A stretch of DNA of 64,000 nt from positions 54,806-118,805 of IMG/VR virus record IMGVR_UViG_3300026522_000001; one strand, 5' to 3'. The notes beneath the pieces were generated by a model. That model had not been told where the DNA came from. It saw only the letters and a list, made by a program, of their open reading frames with translations, and did not search any database. Below, in pieces: positions 55,068-63,955 of the stretch. The position numbers were made by a program, and so were the translations under genes. How positions within the stretch are numbered: the first letter of the stretch is position 1; every line of letters starts with the position of its first letter. This stretch comes from a virus.

Positions 55068-55755
55068 ACCACCCGGACTTAGGGATTGATATTTAGCTTC
55101 ATTTGTTAATTTTGTAAATGGGTCTACTTTATCACGTACAAAATAATGATAACTATTTGTTATATAATCTCTATCTGTTATTCCTTCTATAACACCAAAT
55201 CTACGTTTTAATGCAAGTGCAAATTTATATGTACCTGTTTCCATTGGTGTTCCATATAGTGAATAATCTATATCTTCCTCTTTCTTCCATTGACTACATT
55301 TATCATTTAGAGCTTGCATTACTTTCATGCCAAACTCTGTTCCTTCTGCACCGTCCATATGAGATTTACCTGTCATATATTTAACACATTCATATAAACC
55401 TGCATATCCTAATGAACATGTAGCATATCCACCTTTAAATAGCTTACCTATTTTCTCACCATGTTTTAGACGTGCTAATGCTCCGTCCATCCACATGATA
55501 GGTGCTTCATCTGCTACTGTATCTTTTATATGGTTTATACGTTCTTTATGTGCTTTGTGACATAACTCTGCACGTTCATCAAAAATCTTCCAAAACTGTT
55601 CAAAATCACCTTCTGATGATAATGCTATATCAACTAAGTTTAATGTGACTACACCTAAATTAAACCTACCATAATATTTCTTACCGTTCACCCAATTATT
55701 TGCGTTTGCAATATTTGTTTGTGTTCTATCTGGTGTTAGGAACGAGCGACAACCC
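55068..55755 (-). CDS. nrdD: NrdD, exon 3
   Basis: Begins (M)GCRSFLTPD and ends ..YQSLSPGG. The frame joins exons 2 and 4 exactly. Confidence 0.85.
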
Positions 55756-56063
55756 CTCTTTGTTCATAGTAGTTCGCAACACTACTACAGTTCTCTTATG
55801 AACTTCTATATATCACTATATAGAACAGACTATATCTATATGTTGATAAAAACATAGCTACTATTTCGTTTTAAGTGGTATTACGTGTCCGCAATCACAA
55901 CCACACCTCATTAGCTTAGGCACTACGATTAAAAATCTAGTCGTTTGGCATTTATCAGTTTATATAAGCTGATATTTAGCACAGGATTGACTTATAATAA
56001 GTTATCCCCTGTTTAAGTAGCTTATTCATTTAGTTCTCACAAACTAAAGGCACTAATTTGTCA
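55756..56063 (-). mobile_element. group I intron 2 of nrdD (IA2-like, no ORF)
   Basis: Contains aaacaggggataac..aatcctgtgctaaat, gccaaacgactag and agatatagtctgttc, matching the td-type P3/P7 elements. It ends ..aacaaagaG. Confidence 0.75.
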
Positions 56064-56563
56064 ATGCACGGATATACGTCACCCTTTAATTTTTTCATTA
56101 TCTTAGCTGATATATAATCTGGAACCATTCTTTTTGCAGTACATTTTGCCGCAAGCTCTGTTAGATAATAATATTTGCTATCTTCATGTATATTGTTTTC
56201 ATCTAAACAATACAGTAGCTTTGGAAATGCTTGTGTTATGTAGTGTCCATCACGATTTTTCATTCCTTGAATACGTTGTTTTAAAAATTCTTCAATTAAC
56301 ATAGCAACTTCTTCTGTATATTCTGTATCTTCATTTAAATACATAAATACACTGACAAAAGGACTCTGTCCATTGACATTACTCATGCTATTTATTTGAT
56401 AATTGAATGTTTGTACTGCATCTTCTATTTCTTTATGCAAATCTTCTTTTGCATATTTTTCACAATCTTCTTTATTAAATCCTCTATTTTTATACTTATC
56501 TAAAAATCTATTATAACTACTTCTTACAAATGGTGCTAAATGTGTTAATGTTATTGTAGTTCC
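56064..56563 (-). CDS. nrdD: NrdD, exon 2
   Basis: Begins GTTITLTHLAPFV and ends ..GDVYPC + AT. The codon ATG is completed by the first G of exon 3. Confidence 0.85.
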
Positions 56564-57728
56564 CAAATGCTATATAAGTCTGTATTCTACATATAGCTTA
56601 GACTATTTCTTATTACTATTTGTGTTTAGTAATCAGTATGTTTCAGATTTTGCTACCAAAACCTTACAATTAGTCGTTACAATTATTCTATAATTTTAAT
56701 ATCATGTTTTTCAGCTTCGTCAAGCCATCTTCTAGCTTGTGTTTCTGATTTATCAATAAATCTTGCAAATGCTGATACCGTATGAAATTCATATGTTCCT
56801 TTATATATGAAATGTTTATACTTTCTATTTTTAACTCCTACTCTTACTTTTTTCCTATGTAAAACCTCATAAGCATGTTTATTATTTTCTGACTGGCTAA
56901 CCCACTCTAAATTATTAGCATTATTATTTGTTTTATCTCCATCAATATGATTTACAGTATTTCTTTCTTCTGAATATCCATCACAAAAAGCATGTGCAAC
57001 AATTCTAGCTAATTGAAGTGTCTTACCTTTGATATATATATAATATCTCCCAGTATATTTATTATAATCATTAGTGAGTAAAATATATTTATCATATGTT
57101 TTTATATAATGTTTTACTCTACCATAATTAGATACATAATAGTCATCATAACCTAAAATTTGTTTCCAAGTTTCATTTTCAAATTCTTCAAAATCATAGT
57201 TATTACTACTATCATTAATCATTTTATTTACTGCTTCTTTGTGCTTTTTGTGAATCCTAGCTACATAATCATTTTTTGCTTTTTCTAAAACCTTATCATA
57301 ATAAAAAATAGTTCTTAATGTTTCTTTTGAACAATGTAACTCTTTAGCTATATCTGCTAATGATATATCATTGTCTAATCTACTTTTTATTAACTGCTTA
57401 TTCTTATTGTAAAACTTTTCTGTTGATGGATTCATATATCTATGTGGTTCAGCTTTTGGTAATTTCCAAATATCATTTATATACATAATCAATGTTTTTC
57501 TGTTTAATTCTAATAAACGTGCTATATACGATTTTGTTCTACCCTCTTTTGAGTATAATTGATAAATTGTATTTTTTAACATTTCATATTTATTTTCCAT
57601 TAGGCATTTCCAACCTTTCATTATAGAATAATCACGAGATTAGCTTTTCCAACCTGCCTCGTTAGCCGTGTATTTAATACGCAACCCTGTTGTGACAGTT
57701 AATACTGTTTTACTACGGCAGAATTTAG
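56564..57728 (-). mobile_element. group I intron 1 of nrdD carrying an HNH endonuclease gene
   Basis: 5' splice site after tacggT, omega-G at 56564. The 3' core is aagaaatagtctaagc. Confidence 0.7.
56683..57621 (-). CDS. HNH homing endonuclease with NUMOD4 and HTH modules (intron-encoded)
   Basis: YYVSNYGRVKH (NUMOD4), NHIDGDKTNNNANNLEWVSQSENNKHA (HNH), and N- and C-terminal HTH-like segments. Confidence 0.8.
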   Translation of the reverse strand: MKGWKCLMENKYEMLKNTIYQLYSKEGRTKSYIARLLELNRKTLIMYINDIWKLPKAEPHRYMNPSTEKFYNKNKQLIKSRLDNDISLADIAKELHCSKETLRTIFYYDKVLEKAKNDYVARIHKKHKEAVNKMINDSSNNYDFEEFENETWKQILGYDDYYVSNYGRVKHYIKTYDKYILLTNDYNKYTGRYYIYIKGKTLQLARIVAHAFCDGYSEERNTVNHIDGDKTNNNANNLEWVSQSENNKHAYEVLHRKKVRVGVKNRKYKHFIYKGTYEFHTVSAFARFIDKSETQARRWLDEAEKHDIKIIE

Positions 57729-58388
57729 ACCGTAGCTGGAAGATGTAACTGCGGTTATGATTTGTGTGACAATCGTAGTAGCAGTTGTCAACATGTGTGG
57801 TTTATCAATATGTACGCCATTTATATTTGTACCATAGTTTAACATATCTTCAAGATTAATTAATTCACAATTTGTTAAATGCTGAATTGCATAATCTAAA
57901 TCGTGTATCTTAATAATAGCTTCTTTATCTGCTTGGACTACATCTGGTGTAAATATATATTTCTTAGATAATGCTTTTGACATTACACCTGCCATATAGT
58001 CTCTTTTTGTAGTTACTAGTTCTGAATTTTTGTTTGAATTTTCTGTTGTCCAATATTCATCATCATTACCTAGCATACTCATGATTTGCTTTTCTGATTC
58101 ATTGTCTATGTTACGTTGATATTCTCTTACTGCTCTATAACCTTCATAACTTTTTGCAGTATTTTTATGACCATGCTTAACAAGCAAATTAAATACATCT
58201 GTTTCTATTTCACTTATATTTATTGGCATATTTTCATTTACATGTTTTATGTAAATTTCTTCTCCTATTTTATGTGCAACAGTTTCAGAAATTTTACCAC
58301 TCATATTCATAGCTTTTTTAATGGCATTATATATCTTATCTCTATTAAATGGAACAATACTACCATCACGTTTTTTTACAGAAAGCAT
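57729..58388 (-). CDS. nrdD: NrdD, exon 1 (ATP-cone + N-terminal core)
   Basis: MLSVKKRDGSIVPFNRDKIYNAIKKA (ATP-cone). It ends ..TQIITAVTSSSYG, joining to GTTITL (conserved SQYGG region). Confidence 0.85.
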
Positions 58389-58409
58389 TTAACCACCCCA
58401 ATATGAATA

Positions 58410-58796
58410 TTAAAAACCTATCTTTGAAATATTGTGTTTATGTGAATCTGACTTTGAAAAAGTTAGATTTTCACCTGTATTATATGTATTAGAAGTATAA
58501 AAAGATGTTGTATCAAATGCGATTTGTCTATATCCATTTAATGTACTTCTTCTTACACTATTTACCCTAAATTGTTTTGGAAGTTTTTTAAGCAATTCTA
58601 ATTGCATCTCCCAACTAACTCTAGTAGGATAATTTTTTTGTGCTTTTCTTGATTTAAGGTATTTATCTATTTCAGTAAGAAGTTCTTTATCACCAAAAAA
58701 CTTCTTCTCTGCCATCTCAAATAATGATTCTTTTGATTTTGTTTTTTTATTGTCACTATCTAAATCAGTATAATCGTTTCCTTGAAATAGCAACAC
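58410..58796 (-). CDS. hypothetical protein
   Basis: ORF track (non-ATG start). Confidence 0.5.
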   Translation of the reverse strand: MLLFQGNDYTDLDSDNKKTKSKESLFEMAEKKFFGDKELLTEIDKYLKSRKAQKNYPTRVSWEMQLELLKKLPKQFRVNSVRRSTLNGYRQIAFDTTSFYTSNTYNTGENLTFSKSDSHKHNISKIGF

Positions 58797-58827
58797 AGCA
58801 TTAACCTTCTTTCTACACTAGGTTAGC

Positions 58828-59067
58828 TTATTCTCTTTTTACAAGAACATTATTTTGTGTTCTGATAATTTTCCATGCAGGGTCAATCTCACACTCAAAA
58901 TCTGTTACGGAATCAGTTAATTCTTCTTTATTGAATCTTTTATCCCATCGTGGTACTACAATAGAACCGTCCTCCTTGTCTACATATACAATATCATCTA
59001 CTTTAATACTTCCGTCTGTGTTACATCTTGTAACCTTGTATGCAACATCGGGCTTAATATACATCAC
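58828..59067 (-). CDS. hypothetical small protein
   Basis: ORF track. 4-nt overlap with the upstream gene. Confidence 0.55.
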   Translation of the reverse strand: MMYIKPDVAYKVTRCNTDGSIKVDDIVYVDKEDGSIVVPRWDKRFNKEELTDSVTDFECEIDPAWKIIRTQNNVLVKRE

Positions 59068-59336
59068 TTACTATCCTCCTTATCTTTTTCATTCTCTTTG
59101 TCATCAGAAGTATTGTTATTATAGCACAAATTGATAAATTCTTCAACTTGTGAGTCAATCTGTGAATTAGCCCTGTCATACAGTTCTCTTGTTGCATTTC
59201 CAACATCATCCTTTTTATCTAGTGTTGCAGTATACTCTGTTTCAAAACTAACAAAAGTATCTACTGTTGTACCAACCTTAATATGCTCTGTACGCTTACT
59301 AGATACTCTTACTTCTTTAATTTCCATAATAAACAC
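59064..59336 (-). CDS. hypothetical protein
   Basis: ORF track. RBS GAGGTG upstream. Confidence 0.55.
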   Translation of the reverse strand: MFIMEIKEVRVSSKRTEHIKVGTTVDTFVSFETEYTATLDKKDDVGNATRELYDRANSQIDSQVEEFINLCYNNNTSDDKENEKDKEDSK

Positions 59337-59344
59337 CTCATGTT

Positions 59345-59695
59345 TTATTTATTCTTGTTTTTATTCTTTTTGAATGTTACTGCAAATGTATGTGTTGTTT
59401 CAATAGCATCTTGGAACAGACTAGCATCTACTGTTCCATTGTAGATGTCGTTCTCTAGCTTTTCTTCATCTACTGTTTCTTTAAGTAGCCAATTAAGTTT
59501 ATTCTTTTTGATGATGTCAACACACTTGTCTGTATTAAATGACTCTCTTACCCTATCTTTTACACAAGCAATATATTTATCTCCTGCATAGTCACCTACA
59601 CCATTAGCCTTTAATTCTTTTTTTGCTTCATCTAGCTGTTTCTTTAGTGTGTTAATCTTTTTGTTTAGTTCATATACTTCATCAATGTTAATCAT
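59345..59695 (-). CDS. hypothetical coiled-coil protein (start moved to MINIDEVYEL)
   Basis: The ATG follows GGAGGAG. Confidence 0.55.
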   Translation of the reverse strand: MINIDEVYELNKKINTLKKQLDEAKKELKANGVGDYAGDKYIACVKDRVRESFNTDKCVDIIKKNKLNWLLKETVDEEKLENDIYNGTVDASLFQDAIETTHTFAVTFKKNKNKNK

Positions 59696-59787
59696 TATAA
59701 TCTCCTCCATGTGCACCTACAAAAAATGCAATTACTAAAGAACCACAAAAACTACCTGCAAAGAATGTTAAAACATAAGATAGCAAT

Positions 59788-59970
59788 TTATACACCTCTG
59801 CTAAAGATAAATGTAATGAACATTTTTAATGTATATAAAGAAATATACATACAATTTTTTAGCATCTGCACAAAGATGTAAATATTCTTTGTACTTTCTG
59901 TCATCTCACAAAGTAAGCACATTCTATTGAGTTTACTTTTTAGAGAATTTAGAGTATTGTTAGTTTCCAT
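59788..59970 (-). CDS. hypothetical small protein
   Basis: ORF track. The strong RBS AAAGGAG lies inside the guide-like tail of ncRNA copy B. Confidence 0.45.
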   Translation of the reverse strand: METNNTLNSLKSKLNRMCLLCEMTESTKNIYIFVQMLKNCMYISLYTLKMFITFIFSRGV

Positions 59971-59984
59971 ATATTACTCCTTTT

Positions 59985-60104
59985 TTGACACTCCCCACGG
60001 CTGAAGCCGGGGGATTCTTGGTTCGACAACCACTGCACCGCCTCCGAAGAATTGGCGTCTTACACGATTTCCCCAAGCGTGAATTCCTGTGTGTCCCACG
60101 GTAC
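59985..60104 (-). ncRNA. orphan TnpB omega-RNA-like scaffold, copy B
   Basis: Homolog of 3641-3760. Compensatory stems are cggc/gccg vs tgcc/ggca, and ttc[ttcg]gag vs ttc[cttg]gaa. It ends ggggagtgTCAA. Confidence 0.6.
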
Positions 60105-60111
60105 TAGAGAT

Positions 60112-60140
60112 ATTTATGCTACTTTGGGTTTCTCTTCCAA
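60112..60140 (-). promoter_or_regulatory. possible promoter for ncRNA copy B
   Basis: TTGGAA, a 17-nt spacer, then ATAAAT. This places the TSS on GTACCGTGGG, the same position as in copy A. Confidence 0.35.
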
Positions 60141-60148
60141 AGCGTGCT

Positions 60149-60592
60149 TCATAAAATTTCAACATTCATGTATCTTTTACCAAATCTCATACATTCTTGT
60201 TTGCTGTTCATATAGATGTCAATTGTGTTTGGTACACCGCATCTATCTTTTACTGTGTACACAACACCATTGATTCTTACCTTTGTTCCTAGTGGTAAAT
60301 CGTAACTAGCTACTGCACCAACATGAGCTTTTTCACCGTTTGCCATCGTATCACCAGGTGTATATGCGTCACCTACTGTGTATGCTGTTACATGGCATGA
60401 GATTACTTGTTTTCTATTTTGCTCCTTGTTGTTAGTTTCTTGTGTCTTCTTTTCCTCCAATTCTTTTTCCATCAGTTCTTTTTCAAGTGAATTAGTTTTA
60501 TAGATTTGTTCTTCTAATTCTCTTGAAGTTTCTTTTAGTTCATCATATAACTCATCATTTAATTCATTCGAGTAGTTATAATGATTTTTCAT
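60149..60592 (-). CDS. 3D-domain (MltA/RlpA-like) protein with coiled-coil N-terminus
   Basis: VTAYTVGDAYTPGDTMANGEKAHVGAVASYDLPLGTKVRINGVVYTVKDRCG..IDIYM follows the 3D-domain pattern. There is no obvious RBS before the ATG. Confidence 0.6.
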   Translation of the reverse strand: MKNHYNYSNELNDELYDELKETSRELEEQIYKTNSLEKELMEKELEEKKTQETNNKEQNRKQVISCHVTAYTVGDAYTPGDTMANGEKAHVGAVASYDLPLGTKVRINGVVYTVKDRCGVPNTIDIYMNSKQECMRFGKRYMNVEIL

Positions 60593-60616
60593 TTCTGTGA
60601 GCTGTTGATTTGATTC

Positions 60617-60760
60617 CTGAACCTCCCCATAGCTAAAGCTAGGGGATTCGTAAGAAGTTTAGTTTTTTATAACTCTTATTCTTACTGGTGTATTCAGTTC
60701 ACCTCTACTGTATAGTCCACTTAAGGACACAACATTACTTTTTCTTAATATGTTTAATGC
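60617..60760 (-). ncRNA. predicted omega-RNA / right-end region of tnpB-1 (bounds approximate)
   Basis: The 3' end of tnpB-1 plus 42 nt reads ..cagtaagaa-[stem]-cgaaTCCCC-tagc-ttta-gcta-t-GGGGAggTTCAG, the same architecture as copies A and B. Confidence 0.45.
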
Positions 60761-61900
60761 ACCATTTACATCTGCATTAAGTAGTATACCACTAGAAGTT
60801 TTATACAAGCCGCGCTTTATACGCTTTCCGCTAAAAATATGTTGTTTAGAATCACCATATACAGGAATCTCATCTTTATCCCAAAAACTTGCTTTTGATG
60901 TATAGCTTTCTTCTTGTTCTATCATATCAATGCCATATATTTTACATTGATATTCTAGCTTTTGTTGCAACTTATAAAAAGGCATTTGAACAAATATCTG
61001 ATTGTTTACCTTCCCTAAATTACTTTTCTGCTGAAATCCTTTATTATTACCAATAACAAGATTTCCTATATTATGCTCTAAACAGTAATTTATTATCTTT
61101 TTAGCTGTCTTACCTAGATAATCCCTTACACGATTTTCTCGTTTTCTAAGTAGTCTTGCTTGTCTTTTTGTTAGTGTCTTACTTAACTTCTGTTTGTCTT
61201 TAATGCTTTGCAATCTAGCATTTTCTTTATTATACCATTGGTTATAGCTTTTCAGCTTTTTCCCATCAAGTATAAAAGAGTCACCATCTGATGTTACACA
61301 AGTACAAAGATTGTTTACTCCTAAATCAATGGCTAGTGCTTTTGTTTTATCTAAATTTATTTTTGAAACATCTTTTACTTCATAAGTATAAACAATTTCA
61401 AAAAACCTAGCATTATATTTTGGGATTATTTTTATTTCTTTGACTTTCTTATCAGATAATATCGAAGGCATTTGAATATAAAATTTTTTATGTGTTTTTG
61501 CATATTCCCTTGAATATGGCATTTGAAACTTACCATTACGAATATTAATCTGTTGAATTATTAGCTGATTATATCCCTCTTTTGGTAAGTAATGCGGAAT
61601 ATTGACTTTATGAGCTACCTTCTTACTTTTTAAGCTACCAAAGAATGACTTAAACTCTGCATCAACCTTTCTCATAATCTGTTGTGCCATACTTGCTTGC
61701 AAAAGTTTATAATTATCACTTGTCTTTAGTGTCTTGTAGACCTCATTGTAATTTAGATAACTCTTATCACTGAAAAATTTCTGTCGTATCTCGTATAAAA
61801 CTTGATTTTTAAGATTTTTTGAAATACGACACTGTTCTTTAAGGACATTATATTCTTCCTTTGACAAATGGTTAAGCTGTTGTTTTACTACTAAGTACAT
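60659..61900 (-). CDS. tnpB: TnpB-family RNA-guided nuclease, variant without zinc-finger cysteines (tnpB-1)
   Basis: RuvC-I ALAIDLGVNNL, RuvC-II MIEQEESYTSKASFWD, RuvC-III LLNADVNGALNILRK. N-terminal OrfB helical region. Confidence 0.85.
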   Translation of the reverse strand: MYLVVKQQLNHLSKEEYNVLKEQCRISKNLKNQVLYEIRQKFFSDKSYLNYNEVYKTLKTSDNYKLLQASMAQQIMRKVDAEFKSFFGSLKSKKVAHKVNIPHYLPKEGYNQLIIQQINIRNGKFQMPYSREYAKTHKKFYIQMPSILSDKKVKEIKIIPKYNARFFEIVYTYEVKDVSKINLDKTKALAIDLGVNNLCTCVTSDGDSFILDGKKLKSYNQWYNKENARLQSIKDKQKLSKTLTKRQARLLRKRENRVRDYLGKTAKKIINYCLEHNIGNLVIGNNKGFQQKSNLGKVNNQIFVQMPFYKLQQKLEYQCKIYGIDMIEQEESYTSKASFWDKDEIPVYGDSKQHIFSGKRIKRGLYKTSSGILLNADVNGALNILRKSNVVSLSGLYSRGELNTPVRIRVIKN

Positions 61901-61926
61901 TTACAATTTCACCTCCTCTAGTAATT

Positions 61927-61956
61927 ATTATAATACTAAGTTAGTGAAATTGTCAA
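61927..61956 (-). promoter_or_regulatory. promoter upstream of tnpB-1
   Basis: TTGACA, an 18-nt spacer, then TATAAT, followed by the RBS AGGAGGTG. Confidence 0.5.
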
Positions 61957-61995
61957 GAAAAAATTATGTTGTTAGTAAGGTTGAATACATGAACC

Positions 61996-62260
61996 CTCTA
62001 ACTTTAACCTTCTTTAGGAGGTCTAGTTCATTACAAGTCGCTACACTCGTAACAGTTCTCTTATGAACTTCCTATCATTTCTGATAGGCACAGACTATAT
62101 CTTATCCATATCATATCTCTATGACTTAGGCGAAACCACTTCCATAGCCAATAGCTTGCTATGTACTTCCCTCAAGAGGAATAGTCGTTGAAGTTTCCCC
62201 TATTCGGGGCTTACCTGCTGATTACCAATTTTTGAAATAGGAATTAGGATTTAACCTTGT
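61996..62260 (-). ncRNA. group I intron 3' core-like sequence (IA2 type), bounds approximate
   Basis: agatatagtctgtgcc + covarying hairpin + gaagttcataagagaactgt, identical 20-mer to nrdD intron 2. caacgactattcctcttgagggaagta lies at 62164-62190. Confidence 0.6.
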
Positions 62261-62439
62261 CCCATCTACTAGATTTTTTCTGTTTTCACCGCATATCACG
62301 TTTAGGCTTGTTTCATCCTTACGTTGTAGCTCTAGTAGCTTTATGGTATTCCAGCAATTCAGTTTCTTTGTTGCATGGCTACACAAAACCATGTCTACAC
62401 ACCAATTTATTGATATGCTTACCTACTTATTCCCTTATA

Positions 62440-62470
62440 TCCCCATAGCTAAAACTAGGTGTTTTACGGG
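62440..62470 (-). repeat. decayed copy of the tnpB-1-type terminal hairpin
   Basis: cctagttttagctatgggga differs by 1 nt from cctagctttagctatgggga at 60625-60645. The 5' arm is eroded (acacc for tcccc). Confidence 0.5.
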
Positions 62471-62648
62471 AATTAGTGATAACACATTCCTCCTAATACT
62501 AGATTACTTAATAGCAATCCAAAAATTATTGTTTTTTCTACCTTGTTTTTCTTGCTTGCTCTCTTTGTCATTCTCAACGCCCTTTCTGCTTGACCTACAT
62601 TTATATTACCACATAAAACAAAAAATGGCAAGGGAATTTTGCTCTCTT

Positions 62649-62762
62649 TTGACATACTCCAGGTTGAACCCGCTGAATTTTGGTATCAACAAAGACTGCA
62701 CATCTCGCGATGGTCTTACATCTTCTTCTCCAATGGATGATGCCCCACCCATATTTATAGAT
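62649..62762 (-). ncRNA. predicted omega RNA of tnpB-2
   Basis: Starts at the tnpB-2 stop. It contains tgtaagac-catc[gcga]gatg-tgcagt..gttgataccaaaa..ggagtatgTCAA, collinear with orphan copies A and B. Confidence 0.55.
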
Positions 62763-63878
62763 TTATGCTGATAAAATTCTTAAACCTTCGTCTAAGATAT
62801 TCTGTGCAGCATTTCTATCCCTATCACAATGATGTCCACAAGAAGGACAAGTCCACTCACGAATAGATAAATCTTTTATTTTTGGATTTTGATAACCACA
62901 TTTATTACACAACTGACTTGATGGATAAAATCTGTCTATTTTAACAATCTTTGTGTTAAATTGTGGTGCTACATATTCAAGTATTCTCAAGAATTCACCA
63001 AATCCATAATCTCCAACTTTCTTGCCATGTCCTTTCTGCATCCATTTCATATTCAAATCTTCAAAACAAATAATAGAATATTTTTTGCAAAGTTCTCTTG
63101 CCAATTTCCAATGATAAGCATTACGCTGATTGGTTACCTTTCGATGTAACCTTGCTAAAGCAAGTTGTGCTTTATGCCTGTTATTTGAACGTAATCTTTT
63201 TGTAAAGAGATTTCGATTAGCTTTTGCAATAGCTTTTTGCTGTTTCTTGAAAAAACTTGGTGCAATTATGTCATCTTCTTTGTTTGGTGCTACAAGCATT
63301 TTACCCTTGAAGCCAAAATCAAATCCGATGCTTTTACCCAGTCTAGGTTTAATATTAACTTCTGGCGTTTCACAAACAAGATAAACATAGAAGTCTCCAC
63401 AAGAATCTTTCTTGACAGTAAGCATTTTAATCTTACCCTCTACTTCTCTTGACTTGAAAAACTTATATTTGTTCTTAGCAATCTTAATAGTATTATCTTT
63501 AATAGCGTTTTTACCTACTTCATCATAAGAAAATGAACAATACTTTCTATAAGGCTTAAATTTTGGCGGGGATGTTTTCTTTTTTCGTTTTAGATTTCCC
63601 CAAAATAATTTATAGCCATTATCTATTCTACACACGACATCATGAATAGCATGAGATTGTAAATCTTTCCAATAAGCATACTTATCTAGTTTTTTGAGCT
63701 TAGTAATATGCTTTTGCAGTCTAAATTTATTCAAAGATTTATGATAAAGTTTCCAATATCGCTTATGGAGAGCAATGCAATGATTATATATCTTGCAAGC
63801 TACCCAAAGCTGATATTGTAACTTCTTATTCTTCTTGGAATTATATAGCTTAAATTTATATGTTTTCACATTGCTCAC
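62763..63878 (-). CDS. tnpB: TnpB (IS200/IS605 OrfB) RNA-guided nuclease, classical type (tnpB-2)
   Basis: RuvC-I SIGFDFGFK, RuvC-II ICFEDLNMKWM, zinc finger CNKCG..CPSCG, RuvC-III DRDRNAAQNI. Confidence 0.9.
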   Translation of the reverse strand: MSNVKTYKFKLYNSKKNKKLQYQLWVACKIYNHCIALHKRYWKLYHKSLNKFRLQKHITKLKKLDKYAYWKDLQSHAIHDVVCRIDNGYKLFWGNLKRKKKTSPPKFKPYRKYCSFSYDEVGKNAIKDNTIKIAKNKYKFFKSREVEGKIKMLTVKKDSCGDFYVYLVCETPEVNIKPRLGKSIGFDFGFKGKMLVAPNKEDDIIAPSFFKKQQKAIAKANRNLFTKRLRSNNRHKAQLALARLHRKVTNQRNAYHWKLARELCKKYSIICFEDLNMKWMQKGHGKKVGDYGFGEFLRILEYVAPQFNTKIVKIDRFYPSSQLCNKCGYQNPKIKDLSIREWTCPSCGHHCDRDRNAAQNILDEGLRILSA

Positions 63879-63955
63879 CTCTTGTTTGATATTATATCTA
63901 TTTATAAACTACATCTATCCCTGTGTCTAAAAGCAGCGGCTTGCGGTACAGAAAT
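63879..63955 (-). ncRNA. group I intron 5'-end-like sequence upstream of tnpB-2
   Basis: cataaatttctgtaccg..ttagacacaggg parallels the first 45 nt of nrdD intron 1 (ctaaattctgccg..tgtcacaacaggg). It begins at the stop of a frame entering from the window edge. Confidence 0.4.

Noticed and set aside
59974-60165. 63-aa minus-strand ORF and plus-strand ORF 60052-60273
   Set aside because: They coincide with ncRNA copy B. Conservation with copy A follows RNA pairing, not codon positions.
62257-62771. ORFs 62257-62448 (+), 62343-62771 (+) and 62473-62655 (-)
   Set aside because: They lie in the omega-RNA, decayed-hairpin and intron-core region between the two tnpB genes. No RBS and no recognisable domains.
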